The notes beneath the pieces are model-generated. The model saw only the letters and a program-made list of their open reading frames with translations, ran no database searches and was not told where the DNA came from. This document shows positions 38,289 through 47,335 of a stretch of 64,000 bases of DNA, in pieces. This DNA is from Myxococcota bacterium (GTDB lineage: Bacteria; Myxococcota_A; Polyangia; Polyangiales; JANWZI01). Position 1 is the first letter of the stretch. Each line of letters opens with the position of its first letter. The translations under genes and the position numbers were made by a program. The stretch lies in assembly GCA_025054695.1 (NCBI GenBank), contig JANWZI010000007.1:333-64332 (forward strand), read 5' to 3'.

Positions 38289-38525
38289 GACGTCGCGCTC
38301 GCTGCGGTCGCACGGCGCCCGCCGACGCAACCGGTCGGGTCGGTCCGCGGTGAACGCTGAATCGCACGTGGACTCCGGGTGCGCCTCGGCATCGAGCACG
38401 AGATCGGCCAATGGCTCGGAATCGGGCCGGGGCGCGGAGTCGCAGGACGCAGAGAAACCATCGATCCCAGTCAGCACCGAGCCACGGTCGACGTCCGGAT
38501 CACGAGTTCCGGCTTGCGCAAGGAC

Positions 38526-38590
38526 TTCTCATATGCTTTCGTAATGATTTCTTTTTTTGACATGTAGTCAATGGTAGACGTCAATCCTAC
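38526..38590 (+). promoter_or_regulatory. AT-rich island (about 35 percent GC) upstream of dam, candidate promoter/operator
   Basis: Counted 23 G+C in 65 nt. Contains a T7 run, TTGACA at 38557-38562, and GTCAAT at 38567 and 38580. There is no convincing -10 hexamer. Confidence 0.4.
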
Positions 38591-38592
38591 CC

Positions 38593-39486
38593 GTGCGCGC
38601 GAGGGCCGTCCGCACGGGTGCATTCGTAAAGCAGAGCGCCGTCGGCGAGTCCGTCGAGCTCGTGCCCCGAGCCACGCCCATCGTGAAGTGGGCCGGGGGA
38701 AAGGGCCGGCTCTTGGCGCAGCTCGTTCCGCTGCTTCCACCCGCCCTCGAGATGCGCCGCCACGTCGAGCCGTTTTTCGGCGGCGGCGCACTCTTCTTCG
38801 CGCTCGGTCCCGAGCGCGCACTGCTCTCCGACGTCAACCCCGAGCTGGTCAACCTCTACGTACAGGTCCGCGACCGCCTCGAAGCGCTGCTCGAAGCGTT
38901 GCGACGACTGGCTCGCGATCACGACGCGACGGCCTTCTACCGGGTTCGCGAGCGATACAACCGGCGGCGCGGGAGCCTATCGGACCTCGAGCGGGCCGCC
39001 GCGTTCCTCTACCTCAACCGGACTTGCTTCAACGGCCTGCACCGCGTCAATCGTCGGGGGGAGTTCAACGTTCCGGTCGGCCGTTACGAGCGACCGCGCA
39101 TCGTCGACGAGCCCGCGCTGCGCGCCGCGAGCACATGGCTCCAACACGCCGAGCTTCGCGTGGCCTCGTTCGAGCACCTGCTCGATTCGGCGCGTCCGGG
39201 GGACTTCGTCTACCTGGATCCGCCGTACGAGCCGACGAGCCCGACGGCGCGGTTCACGTCGTACTGCGCCGACGGTTTCGACCGGGACGCCCAGCGGCGT
39301 CTTCGCGACGTATTCGGCGCGCTCGACCGCCGCGGCTGTGCGCTCATGCTCAGCAACAGCGACGTGCTCTTCATCCGAGAGCTGTACGCCGGTTATCGGA
39401 TCGACCGCGTGGCGGCCCCTCGGCCCATCAACGCCGACGGGCGCGGGCGCGGCCTCGTCAGCGAGCTGGTCATCCGCAACTACTGA
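38593..39486 (+). CDS. dam: D12-class (Dam family) DNA N6-adenine methyltransferase, orphan
   Basis: KWAGGK, EPFFGGGALFF (SAM site) and VYLDPPY catalytic motif. A more likely start is GTG 38662 (MPRATPIVKWAGGK). Confidence 0.9.
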   Translation: MRARAVRTGAFVKQSAVGESVELVPRATPIVKWAGGKGRLLAQLVPLLPPALEMRRHVEPFFGGGALFFALGPERALLSDVNPELVNLYVQVRDRLEALLEALRRLARDHDATAFYRVRERYNRRRGSLSDLERAAAFLYLNRTCFNGLHRVNRRGEFNVPVGRYERPRIVDEPALRAASTWLQHAELRVASFEHLLDSARPGDFVYLDPPYEPTSPTARFTSYCADGFDRDAQRRLRDVFGALDRRGCALMLSNSDVLFIRELYAGYRIDRVAAPRPINADGRGRGLVSELVIRNY

Positions 39487-39525
39487 CCCGCGCGCCGCGC
39501 CGACCCACCACGCGCGAGCCAGCCG

Positions 39526-40170
39526 TTACTGGATCTCGATGGGGACTTCCTGCGTCGCCCCCTCCATGAACGTCAACCCCGTCGCGCGGATCGTCTGCCG
39601 TCCGACCACCACGTCGGCCTCGTAGCGTCCTGGCTGGATAACGATGTGCTCATCGCCCGGGGTGAACGTGGCCACCGGATCGGACTCGCCATGCCGGATG
39701 AGCGAGACGCGCGCACCGCGCACGGGCCGGCCGCGTCGCTTGACGACCAGCCGGACGCGAGCCGGCTGCATCTCGACGCGCACCGAGCGCTCGTCGGCGG
39801 GAGCGAGGCTCACCTCCGTTTCGCCTCGGAGCGAGCCCACTACCCCCGGTGCCTCCGAGACGCGAGCGCGAACGACATAGTTGCCGGCGGGAACCTCGAA
39901 CGACTGCCCGGCGCGACCCGACGCCGCAACGGCCCCGGCGCCGTCGACGACCTCGACTTCGCCCTCGAGCGTGCTCTCGCCCAGACCGATCGAGACGGTG
40001 AGCCGCGCGGGGCCGCTCGCCGGCGCTGGATTGGGATCCGCCTCGACCGAGGTCTCGACCGGTGGCTCGCTCACGTGCTCGATCGGCGTCGTCTGCAAGC
40101 CCGACTGCTGTTGGCTCCCGCCGCAGGCCGCGGCAAGCACGAGCGCGAGCAAGCTTGCGTGGACGTGCAT
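39526..40170 (-). CDS. Hypothetical lipoprotein (beta-sandwich repeats)
   Basis: Internal ATG gives MHVHASLLALVLAAACGG lipobox. Carboxypeptidase-regulatory-like strand pattern (PAGNYVVRARV, QPGRYEADVVV). Confidence 0.65.
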   Translation of the reverse strand: MHVHASLLALVLAAACGGSQQQSGLQTTPIEHVSEPPVETSVEADPNPAPASGPARLTVSIGLGESTLEGEVEVVDGAGAVAASGRAGQSFEVPAGNYVVRARVSEAPGVVGSLRGETEVSLAPADERSVRVEMQPARVRLVVKRRGRPVRGARVSLIRHGESDPVATFTPGDEHIVIQPGRYEADVVVGRQTIRATGLTFMEGATQEVPIEIQ

Positions 40171-40362
40171 CTCAACCCCCTTTGCTCCAAGACGGCAGCC
40201 GACCGATAGCACGCCCTGTCCGCCGCAGGAACCTCCCCCGCGCCGTTCCGCGCAGCTGACCCGACGGATCTCGGTCTCAGGCTTGCGATCGAATCGACCC
40301 ACCTGCCGTCGCTCGGGGAACGAGCTCGCGGCGAACCGCGGGACGCCCAGGCATGCGTTCCG

Positions 40363-41238
40363 TCAGCCCGCGGCACGGCCCGCCGCCCGCCGGAGCGCCT
40401 CGGGGGAAACCCCGCTCGCGCGCAGAAAGGCGAGGGCCGACTCGTTGTCGGTTTCAAGAAAGACCGACGGGGGGCCGCTCAGCTCGATGCGACCGCGGTG
40501 AAGGTAATGGATGTGGTCGGCGATCCCGAACACGGAGGCCATGTCGTGACTGATGACCACGGCCGTCACGCCGAAGCGCTCGACGGTCCGCACGATGAGC
40601 TCGTCGACCGATCGCGAAGTGAGTGGATCGAGGCCGGTCGTCGGCTCGTCGAAGATGAGAATTTGCGGCTCGAGCACGAGCGCGCGGGCGACTGCCACGC
40701 GCTTGCGCATGCCGCCGGAAAGCTCCGCCGGCAATTTCGCGACGGCCTGCTCGACGCCGAGCGCCGCGAGCCGATCCAGGACGCGCTCGCGGATCTGCCG
40801 CTCCGGCATCCGCGTGTGCTCCCGGAGCGGGAAGGCGACGTTGTCGTATACGGTCATCGAATCGAACAGCGCGCTCATCTGGAAGACCATGCCGAACTTG
40901 CGGCGAATGGGCCCGAGCGCGCGCTCGTCGAGCGCGGCGATGTCGCGGCCGTCGACGACAATCCGACCCGCGTCCGGTCGTTCGAGGCGGATGACCTGGC
41001 GCACGAGCACGGTCTTTCCCGAGCCCGACGCGCCGATGATCACGTTGATGCGGCCGCGCAGCACGTCGAAGCTGACGCCGCGCAGCACCTCGTGATCGCC
41101 GTAGCGCTTGACCAGATCGCGGACGGCGACGTGCACGGGACCGTCCGGGTCCGGATCGGGTGGCGGGGGACGTCCGGGCAGCCAGCGCACGGGCCTCAGC
41201 CCCCTCGCGGTCCTCGCGCCATTCGCGACGTTCGCCAT
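40363..41238 (-). CDS. mlaF: ABC transporter ATP-binding protein, MlaF-like
   Basis: Internal ATG (MANVANG) of track ORF 40363..41448. Walker A GASGSGKT, signature LSGGMRKRV, Walker B ILIFDEPTTGLD. Confidence 0.88.
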   Translation of the reverse strand: MANVANGARTARGLRPVRWLPGRPPPPDPDPDGPVHVAVRDLVKRYGDHEVLRGVSFDVLRGRINVIIGASGSGKTVLVRQVIRLERPDAGRIVVDGRDIAALDERALGPIRRKFGMVFQMSALFDSMTVYDNVAFPLREHTRMPERQIRERVLDRLAALGVEQAVAKLPAELSGGMRKRVAVARALVLEPQILIFDEPTTGLDPLTSRSVDELIVRTVERFGVTAVVISHDMASVFGIADHIHYLHRGRIELSGPPSVFLETDNESALAFLRASGVSPEALRRAAGRAAG

Positions 41239-41306
41239 GCGACGGCGGCGGATCGCACCGGCACGAGGCGACGGCCCGCGTGCACGGCCGTCACAACACC
41301 CATGCG

Positions 41307-42272
41307 TCAGGGAGCTCCCTGGCCAGTGACGAGGCTCGTGACCACATAGTCGAGCACGAGAATCGCCACGGCGCTCTGGACGACGGCACGATTGGTCGCG
41401 CGCCCCACGCCCGCCGCGCCGCCGCTCGCCCAGAAGCCATGACGGCACGCGATGAGCGCGATCGTGAATCCGAAGACGGCGGCCTTGAGCAGACCCTGGC
41501 CGAGATCATCCGCGTCCACGTACCAGCGCACCTTGTCGAGGAACACGCCGGGGTCGAGCCCGAGCATCTGCACGCACACGAGCCAGGCGCCCGCGAGCCC
41601 GACGAGGTTGAACAGCATCGTGAGCACGGGGGTCATCACGAGCCCCGCCAGCAACCGGGGCACGACGAGATACTGGACGGGATGAACGGCCATCGTGGTC
41701 AAGGCGTCGATCTGATCGGTCACGCGCATCGAGCCCAGCTCCGTGGTCATCGCGCTGCCGGCGCGACTGGAGACCATGAGCGCGGCGAACACCGGTGCCA
41801 GCTCGCGGGCGAGCGCGAGCCCGACCACCGCCCCGACCTGATTCTCGGCCCCGAACTGACGGAACCCGTCCACGAGCTGGATCCCGAACACCATCCCGAC
41901 GAACGTACCGGTCAGCCCGACGATGAAGAGCGAGCCGGTCCCGACGAAGTCCATGGCCTCGATCCACAACCGCACGCGGTAGGGCGGGCGCAAGCCCCAA
42001 TAGAGCGCCTGCATGAGCAGCGAGGCATGGGCCCCCACTTCGGCGAGCACGGCGTTGGCCGGAGCGAGCACGAGCCGCGTGGCCCTGCGGACCGCGCCGA
42101 TGCCGGGATGCGTCGCGGGCTGCGTCACGCCCGCGATGTACACCGGAACCGCGGTCGAGCGCGACGTCACTGTGGGCGCATCGCTCGCCCCGTCTCGCGC
42201 GGGGGCCTTGCCTCTCGCCCGCCCACTGGCCTCCGATGCCATGCGAGACCGGCGCAGCCGAACGGGTGTCAC
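41307..42272 (-). CDS. mlaE: ABC transporter permease, MlaE-like
   Basis: MlaE/Ttg2B-type sequence (ELGSMRVTDQIDALTTMAVHP, VVPRLLAG). Start may be ATG 42242. Confidence 0.88.
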   Translation of the reverse strand: MTPVRLRRSRMASEASGRARGKAPARDGASDAPTVTSRSTAVPVYIAGVTQPATHPGIGAVRRATRLVLAPANAVLAEVGAHASLLMQALYWGLRPPYRVRLWIEAMDFVGTGSLFIVGLTGTFVGMVFGIQLVDGFRQFGAENQVGAVVGLALARELAPVFAALMVSSRAGSAMTTELGSMRVTDQIDALTTMAVHPVQYLVVPRLLAGLVMTPVLTMLFNLVGLAGAWLVCVQMLGLDPGVFLDKVRWYVDADDLGQGLLKAAVFGFTIALIACRHGFWASGGAAGVGRATNRAVVQSAVAILVLDYVVTSLVTGQGAP

Positions 42273-42310
42273 TTGCCTCGAGCGGCGAGCGGCCCTAGCT
42301 TGCGCGCCGC

Positions 42311-42511
42311 GTGCGCGTCACGGTCAACGGCGAGTCGGTCGAGCTGCGCGGGCCGATGACCGTTCGGGACTTGCTCGAGTCACTGGGCCTCGGCGCGACA
42401 CCCGTCGCCGTCGAGCGCAACGCCGAGGTCGTTCCGCGTGCGGACCACACGCGGGTCTGGCTTCGCGACGGGGATTGCGTCGAGATCGTGCACTTCGTGG
42501 GCGGGGGATAG
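42311..42511 (+). CDS. thiS: Sulfur carrier protein ThiS
   Basis: 66 aa ending ..HFVGGG. GTG start. Immediately upstream of thiG. Confidence 0.85.
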   Translation: MRVTVNGESVELRGPMTVRDLLESLGLGATPVAVERNAEVVPRADHTRVWLRDGDCVEIVHFVGGG

Positions 42512-42515
42512 CCGC

Positions 42516-43310
42516 GTGTCGATCGAGGACGAGCCGCTGCGGATCGGTCCGTACGCCTTCCGCTCGCGACTGTTCGTGGGGACGGGGAAGTTTCCCGACC
42601 TCGAGACGAGCCGCCGGGCGATCGAAGCGTGCGGCGCCGAGGTGGTCACCGTCGCCGTGCGCCGTGTGGATCTCGCGGACCGGAGCGCAGGATCGCTGGG
42701 CGCATGGCTGCGCGAGTCGGGGCTGACGCTCCTGCCCAACACGGCGGGTTGCACGACGGCCGACGAGGCCGTGCGCACCGCGCGGCTGGCGCGCGAGCTG
42801 CTCGGCACCCCGCTCGTCAAGCTCGAGGTGATCGGCGACGACCGCACGCTCTTTCCGGACGTATCGGCGACGCTGGAGGCCGCCCGCGTACTGCTGGCCG
42901 AGGGGTTCGTGGTCCTTCCGTACGTCAACGACGACCCGGTCGCCTGCAAGCGCCTCGAGGAGCTCGGATGCCCGGCCGTCATGCCGCTCGCCGCGCCCAT
43001 CGGGAGCGGGCTCGGCATCCGCAATCCCGTCAACCTCGCCATCATCGTCGAGCAGTCGCGCGTCCCGGTCATCGTTGACGCCGGCGTCGGCACCGCGTCC
43101 GACGCGTCGATCGCGATGGAGCTCGGTTGCGACGGGGTCCTGATGAACACCGCGATCGCGTGTGCGCGCGATCCCGTCCGCATGGCGCACGCGATGCGGC
43201 TTGCGGTCGAGGCCGGCCGGCACGCGTTCCTGGCCGGCCGCATCCCGCCGCGGATGTATGCGTCCGCTTCGAGCCCGCTTCACGGGCTCATCGCACCGCG
43301 CGGCCCGTGA
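42516..43310 (+). CDS. thiG: Thiazole synthase ThiG
   Basis: GTG start 4 nt after the thiS stop. Motifs [23 protein letters not shown]. Confidence 0.93.
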   Translation: MSIEDEPLRIGPYAFRSRLFVGTGKFPDLETSRRAIEACGAEVVTVAVRRVDLADRSAGSLGAWLRESGLTLLPNTAGCTTADEAVRTARLARELLGTPLVKLEVIGDDRTLFPDVSATLEAARVLLAEGFVVLPYVNDDPVACKRLEELGCPAVMPLAAPIGSGLGIRNPVNLAIIVEQSRVPVIVDAGVGTASDASIAMELGCDGVLMNTAIACARDPVRMAHAMRLAVEAGRHAFLAGRIPPRMYASASSPLHGLIAPRGP

Positions 43311-43612
43311 GGTCCGCCCTCGGCGTGGCCGGCGTGTTGCTCTGCTCGCTCCACGCCCCCTATCAGTGCGCCTCCGATCCCGATCCGGCGCGCGCGCGCG
43401 AGGAGTCCGCGCCCGAAGCCCTCTGGCTCTACGCCGAGCGGCTCGCGCAGCGCGGCGACCGATCCGGACGCCGGTCGGTGCTCGAGTTCCTCGTCGAGCG
43501 TTACCCCTCGTCGCGGTTCGCCGCCCGCGCACGCATGGAGCTCGAGGCGCTCCCCCCGGGGCACACCGAGTCGGTCGGTGGCGGCGGCGCGGCCCCCCCG
43601 CCCTCACGTTGA
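43307..43612 (+). CDS. Hypothetical small envelope protein (YbgF/BamD-like TPR fragment?)
   Basis: GTG start overlapping the thiG stop (GTGA). Very high GC3. N-terminus [15 protein letters not shown], then [19 protein letters not shown]. Confidence 0.6.
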   Translation: MRSALGVAGVLLCSLHAPYQCASDPDPARAREESAPEALWLYAERLAQRGDRSGRRSVLEFLVERYPSSRFAARARMELEALPPGHTESVGGGGAAPPPSR

Positions 43613-43614
43613 GC

Positions 43615-44298
43615 ATGCGTGCGGCCACGGCGACCATCCGCTCCGAAAGCACGACCGGAGCGTCGGGCGCGCCCGCGGTTCCAGCACTGTACGTGTTGCT
43701 CGAGCCTAGAAACCCGGAGCACGCCGCCGCGCTCGCAAATGCCGTCGTCGAAGGCGCCGGCACGATTCGGCTCGCCCTGTGCGTCCGTCGGCGCGGGGCC
43801 GCGGCGCACGAACAAATCGATCTGCTGCGCGCTGCTGCGTCCGTCGCACGCCCTCGAAGCGTCGAGGTCTGGCTCGCGGCCGATCCGGCGCTCGCGCGAC
43901 AGGCTGGGGCCGACGGAGCGCACCTTCCGGACCGAACGGCATTGGGAACGACGGCGGCCCGCGACGTTCCGCTCGCGATGTCCGTGCACGACCCTGCGGG
44001 GCTCGAACGCGCGGCCGCCATCGGCGCCCGTTTCGCGGTGCTCGCGCCCATCTTCGAGGTACCTGGCAAAGGCCCGCCGCTCGGCCTCGGGCGGCTCGCT
44101 CGTCTCGTCGCCGGCGCGACGCTGCCGGTGCTGGCCCTGGGCGGCATCGGGCCCGAGCACGTCGCCGAAGTACTCGGCACGGGCGCCGCCGGCATCGCGG
44201 TACTGCGAGGGATCGCGGAGGCTACCGATCCGCGCGAAGCGGCCGCGCGTTATGCCGAGGCGCTCCGCATCGCGTGCGGCGCGCGCGTGTCGCGCTGA
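43615..44298 (+). CDS. thiE: Thiamine-phosphate synthase ThiE
   Basis: Internal ATG of track ORF 43162..44298. TIM-barrel motifs MSVHD, FAVLAPIFEVPGKG, PVLALGGIGPEHV, GIAVLRGI. Confidence 0.8.
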   Translation: MRAATATIRSESTTGASGAPAVPALYVLLEPRNPEHAAALANAVVEGAGTIRLALCVRRRGAAAHEQIDLLRAAASVARPRSVEVWLAADPALARQAGADGAHLPDRTALGTTAARDVPLAMSVHDPAGLERAAAIGARFAVLAPIFEVPGKGPPLGLGRLARLVAGATLPVLALGGIGPEHVAEVLGTGAAGIAVLRGIAEATDPREAAARYAEALRIACGARVSR

Positions 44299-44340
44299 CC
44301 GGAACGTGGGACGGCGGTCGGATGGATCGAGGTGATCTCC

Positions 44341-44418
44341 GAGACCGAGTCGGAGTCCGAGTCCGAGCCCGAGGCCGTGCCTGAGTCCGCGTCGGAGTCC
44401 GCTACCGAGTCAGAGTCC
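44341..44418. repeat. Hexamer array (13 units GAGACC/GAGTCG/GAGTCC)
   Basis: Direct reading, in the convergent gap between thiE and rpiB. The flank on the rpiB side contains GGTTGA, which includes the rpiB stop. Confidence 0.85.
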
Positions 44419-44454
44419 CTGTGGGAGACCGGGATCGACTCGCCCCCACCCTCC

Positions 44455-44910
44455 TCAACCCGACTCCGGGTCGATGCGGGCGGCCCGCCGCGCGTGCCGT
44501 CCTCCCTCGTGCTCCGAGTCGAAGAACGCGTCCAGGAGCGCCACCGCCATCGCCGGGCCGACGATGCGCGCACCGAAGCAGAGCGCGTTGGCGTCGTTGT
44601 GGGCCCGCCCCAGCCTCGCGCTGAGCGGCTCGCTGCACAGCACGGCCCGCACGCCGCGGTGCCGATTGGCAGCCATCGACATGCCTACCCCCGAGCCGCA
44701 GACGAGCACCGCCCGGTCGGCCCGTCCCTCCGCAAGGGCACGCGCCACAGCGTGCGCAATGTCGGGATAGTCACACGGATCGGGCCGGTCGGTCCCGAAG
44801 TCGAGCACTTCGAAGCCACGCCCCCTCAGGTACTCGACCACGGTCTGTCGCAGCGCGAATCCCGCGTGATCGCAACCGAACGCGACGCGTCGGACGGCCC
44901 CCTCGCTCAT
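44455..44910 (-). CDS. rpiB: Ribose-5-phosphate isomerase B
   Basis: Internal ATG (MSEGAVRRVAFGCDHAGF). Active-site CGSGVGMSMAANR. ATGA overlap with the fabF stop. Confidence 0.92.
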   Translation of the reverse strand: MSEGAVRRVAFGCDHAGFALRQTVVEYLRGRGFEVLDFGTDRPDPCDYPDIAHAVARALAEGRADRAVLVCGSGVGMSMAANRHRGVRAVLCSEPLSARLGRAHNDANALCFGARIVGPAMAVALLDAFFDSEHEGGRHARRAARIDPESG

Positions 44911-46154
44911 CCACCCTCGTAGCGGCCGAACAAGAGCGCGACGTTGGTGCCGCCGAAGCCGAACGAGTTGCTCATCACGCGTCGCAGCGGACGCCGGCGC
45001 GCCTCGTGCGGAACGAGGTCGACGCCGGCAGTGGCCGGGTCGGGCCGGTCGAGGTTCACGGTCGGCGGAACGATTCCGTCGCGCAGCGCGAGCACCGACA
45101 AAACAGCTTCCAGGCCCCCGGCGGCTCCGAGCAGGTGCCCGGTGACGCCCTTGGTACTCGACACCCACAGCGCACGCGTCGCGTGCTCGCCGAAGACGTG
45201 TCGAATCGCCTCGATCTCCTGCACGTCGCCCGCAGGCGTCGACGTTCCGTGCGCGTTGATGTACTCGACCTCGTCCGGCCGGGTGCGACCGTCCTCGAGG
45301 GCGGCGCGCATCGCCCGCTGTGCCCCCTCGCCCTCGGGCGCGGGCTGCGTCAGATGGTGCGCGTCGGCGGAGGCCCCGTAGCCCAACACCTCGGCCAGGA
45401 TGGGCGCGCCCCGCGCGCGGGCCGCCTCTTCCGTCTCGAGGACCAGCATGCCCGCCCCCTCGCCCATCACGAACCCGTCGCGGTCGACGTCGAACGGACG
45501 GCTGGCGCGCTCCGGCTCCTCGTTGCGCGTCGACAGCGCCCGCATCGCGCAGAAGCCGGCCACTCCCACCGGCGTGACGGCCGCCTCGGCTCCACCCACG
45601 ACGGCCGCGTCGTACACACCCGCTCGAATCGCGTGCAGCGCCTCGCCGATGGCGTGCGCGCCCGATGCGCACGCGCTCGTGATCGTGTAGCTGGGCCCCC
45701 GCAGCCCCCATCGCATCGAGATCTGGCCGGGGGCGAGGTTCGCGATGACCGAGGGGATGAAGTACGGAGAGACGCGACGCGGACCGCGCTCGTGCAGGGT
45801 GCGCACCTGCTGCTCGAGGCCCTCCAGGCCGCACATCCCGACCCCGACGATCGTCGCGACGCGCGTGCGGGCCGCCTCGGGGGGATCGAAACCCGCCACG
45901 CGAATGGCCTCGTCGGCCGCGGCGATCGCAAGATGGATGAACCGATCCATCTCGCGCACGCGCCTGCGCTCGATCCAGCGCTCCGGATCGAAACCGCGCA
46001 CCTCGCCCGCGATGCGGCACGGAAAGCTCGCCGCGTCGAAGCGCGTGATGGTCGCGATGCCGCTGCGGCCGGCCACCGCGGCGCGCCAGCTCTCGTCGGC
46101 CGTCAGCCCGCACGGGCTGACGGCGCCGACTCCCGTGACGACCACCCGACGCAC
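44907..46154 (-). CDS. fabF: 3-oxoacyl-ACP synthase II
   Basis: TSACASG active Cys, NAHGTSTP, GHLLGAAG. 415 aa. Confidence 0.96.
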   Translation of the reverse strand: MRRVVVTGVGAVSPCGLTADESWRAAVAGRSGIATITRFDAASFPCRIAGEVRGFDPERWIERRRVREMDRFIHLAIAAADEAIRVAGFDPPEAARTRVATIVGVGMCGLEGLEQQVRTLHERGPRRVSPYFIPSVIANLAPGQISMRWGLRGPSYTITSACASGAHAIGEALHAIRAGVYDAAVVGGAEAAVTPVGVAGFCAMRALSTRNEEPERASRPFDVDRDGFVMGEGAGMLVLETEEAARARGAPILAEVLGYGASADAHHLTQPAPEGEGAQRAMRAALEDGRTRPDEVEYINAHGTSTPAGDVQEIEAIRHVFGEHATRALWVSSTKGVTGHLLGAAGGLEAVLSVLALRDGIVPPTVNLDRPDPATAGVDLVPHEARRRPLRRVMSNSFGFGGTNVALLFGRYEGG

Positions 46155-46167
46155 GGCGCAGGCCGAC

Positions 46168-46404
46168 TCAGCTGCCCTTCTTGGCGCGGATGTAGGCGAT
46201 GGCGTCGCCGACCGTGCGGATCTTCTCGGTGTCCTCGTCCGGCACGTCGATCTCGAACTGTTCCTCGAAGGCGAGCACCATCTCGACGATGGCGAGCGAG
46301 TCCGCGTTCAGGTCCTCGATGAACCGGCTGCTTTCCTGGATTTCGTCCTTCTTGACGTCCAGTTGCTGCGCGATGATGTCCTTGACCTTCTCCGCGATGT
46401 CCAT
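46168..46404 (-). CDS. acpP: Acyl carrier protein
   Basis: 78 aa. LNADSLAIVE phosphopantetheine site. AAGGAG Shine-Dalgarno 7 nt upstream. Confidence 0.97.
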   Translation of the reverse strand: MDIAEKVKDIIAQQLDVKKDEIQESSRFIEDLNADSLAIVEMVLAFEEQFEIDVPDEDTEKIRTVGDAIAYIRAKKGS

Positions 46405-46569
46405 CGTTGGCTCCTTGATGATCGTGCCGTTGACCGCTTCCGAGAGGCCACCGACCCTTGACCGCGACGGCCGACGCCCCGCACTTGCTTCGCGCGACGC
46501 ACCTCTCGGTGTCCTCGACCTGAGGAACGGACCCGGCGCCGCGCGCGGCCCGCTCCAGCCCCGTCGGCT

Positions 46570-47316
46570 TCAGACGTACATCCCCCCGTTGACCCGGAGC
46601 ACCTGTCCGGTGACGTACCCCGCCTCGTCGCTCGCCAGGAACAGCACCGCCGCCGCCACCTCCTCCGGCTTGCCCGCCCGTCCGAGCGGCGTCTGTGCGA
46701 TCATGGCCCCTTTTGCCTCCTCCGGAAGCGCCGCGGTCATGTCCGTCTCGATCAGCCCGGGCGCGACGCAGTTGACCGTGATGCCGCGCGATGCGTACTC
46801 CCGTGCCAGCGCCTTCGTCAAGCCGATGAGCGCCGCCTTGCTCGCGGCGTAGACCGACTGGCCCACGTTGCCCGTCTCGCCCACGACGCTGGAGACGTTG
46901 ACGACGCGCCCGCGGCGCGCGCGAATCATGAGCCGGATCGCGGCCTTGCAGCACCACAGCGCGCCCTGCACGTTGATTCGCCATGTGGCCGCGACGTCCT
47001 CGGGGCGCACGCGCAACAACAACGCGTCGCGCGCGATGCCCGCGTTGTTCACGAGCACGTCGAGACGGCCGAGCCGTTGATGCAGCCGCGTGACGGCCTC
47101 CTCGACCGCGTCCGGATCGCCGACGTCGAAGCGCATGGGCTCGGCCCGACCCCCACCCGAGGCGATCCGTTCGACGGTTTCCGTCGCGGCTCGCTCGTCG
47201 GAAACGTAGTTGACGACGACGTGGGCGCCGCGCGCCGCCAGAGCCTCGCAGACCGCGCGCCCAATGCCCCGCGAGCCACCGGTCACCAGGGCGACCTTGC
47301 CGTCCATGGAGAACAT
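46570..47316 (-). CDS. fabG: 3-oxoacyl-ACP reductase
   Basis: Internal ATG (MFSMDGKVALVTGGSRGIG). NNAG and YAASK motifs. C-terminus VNGGMYV. Confidence 0.95.
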   Translation of the reverse strand: MFSMDGKVALVTGGSRGIGRAVCEALAARGAHVVVNYVSDERAATETVERIASGGGRAEPMRFDVGDPDAVEEAVTRLHQRLGRLDVLVNNAGIARDALLLRVRPEDVAATWRINVQGALWCCKAAIRLMIRARRGRVVNVSSVVGETGNVGQSVYAASKAALIGLTKALAREYASRGITVNCVAPGLIETDMTAALPEEAKGAMIAQTPLGRAGKPEEVAAAVLFLASDEAGYVTGQVLRVNGGMYV

Positions 47317-47335
47317 GCCGCCTCCGTTGACCCCC

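Noticed and set aside
38289-39525. A complete restriction-modification system around the Dam-family gene
   Set aside because: There is no ORF with endonuclease character on either side. Only a 30-codon AT-rich ORF and GC-artefact ORFs lie nearby.
39526-40170. MlaD/MCE protein completing the mlaEF system
   Set aside because: The sequence is a lipoprotein with carboxypeptidase-regulatory-like beta-sandwich repeats. It has no N-terminal TM helix plus MCE-domain pattern.
42273-42310. TPP riboswitch upstream of thiS
   Set aside because: The gap is only 38 nt and lacks the CUGAGA / ACCUGAUCUGGAUAAUGCCAGCG-type core.
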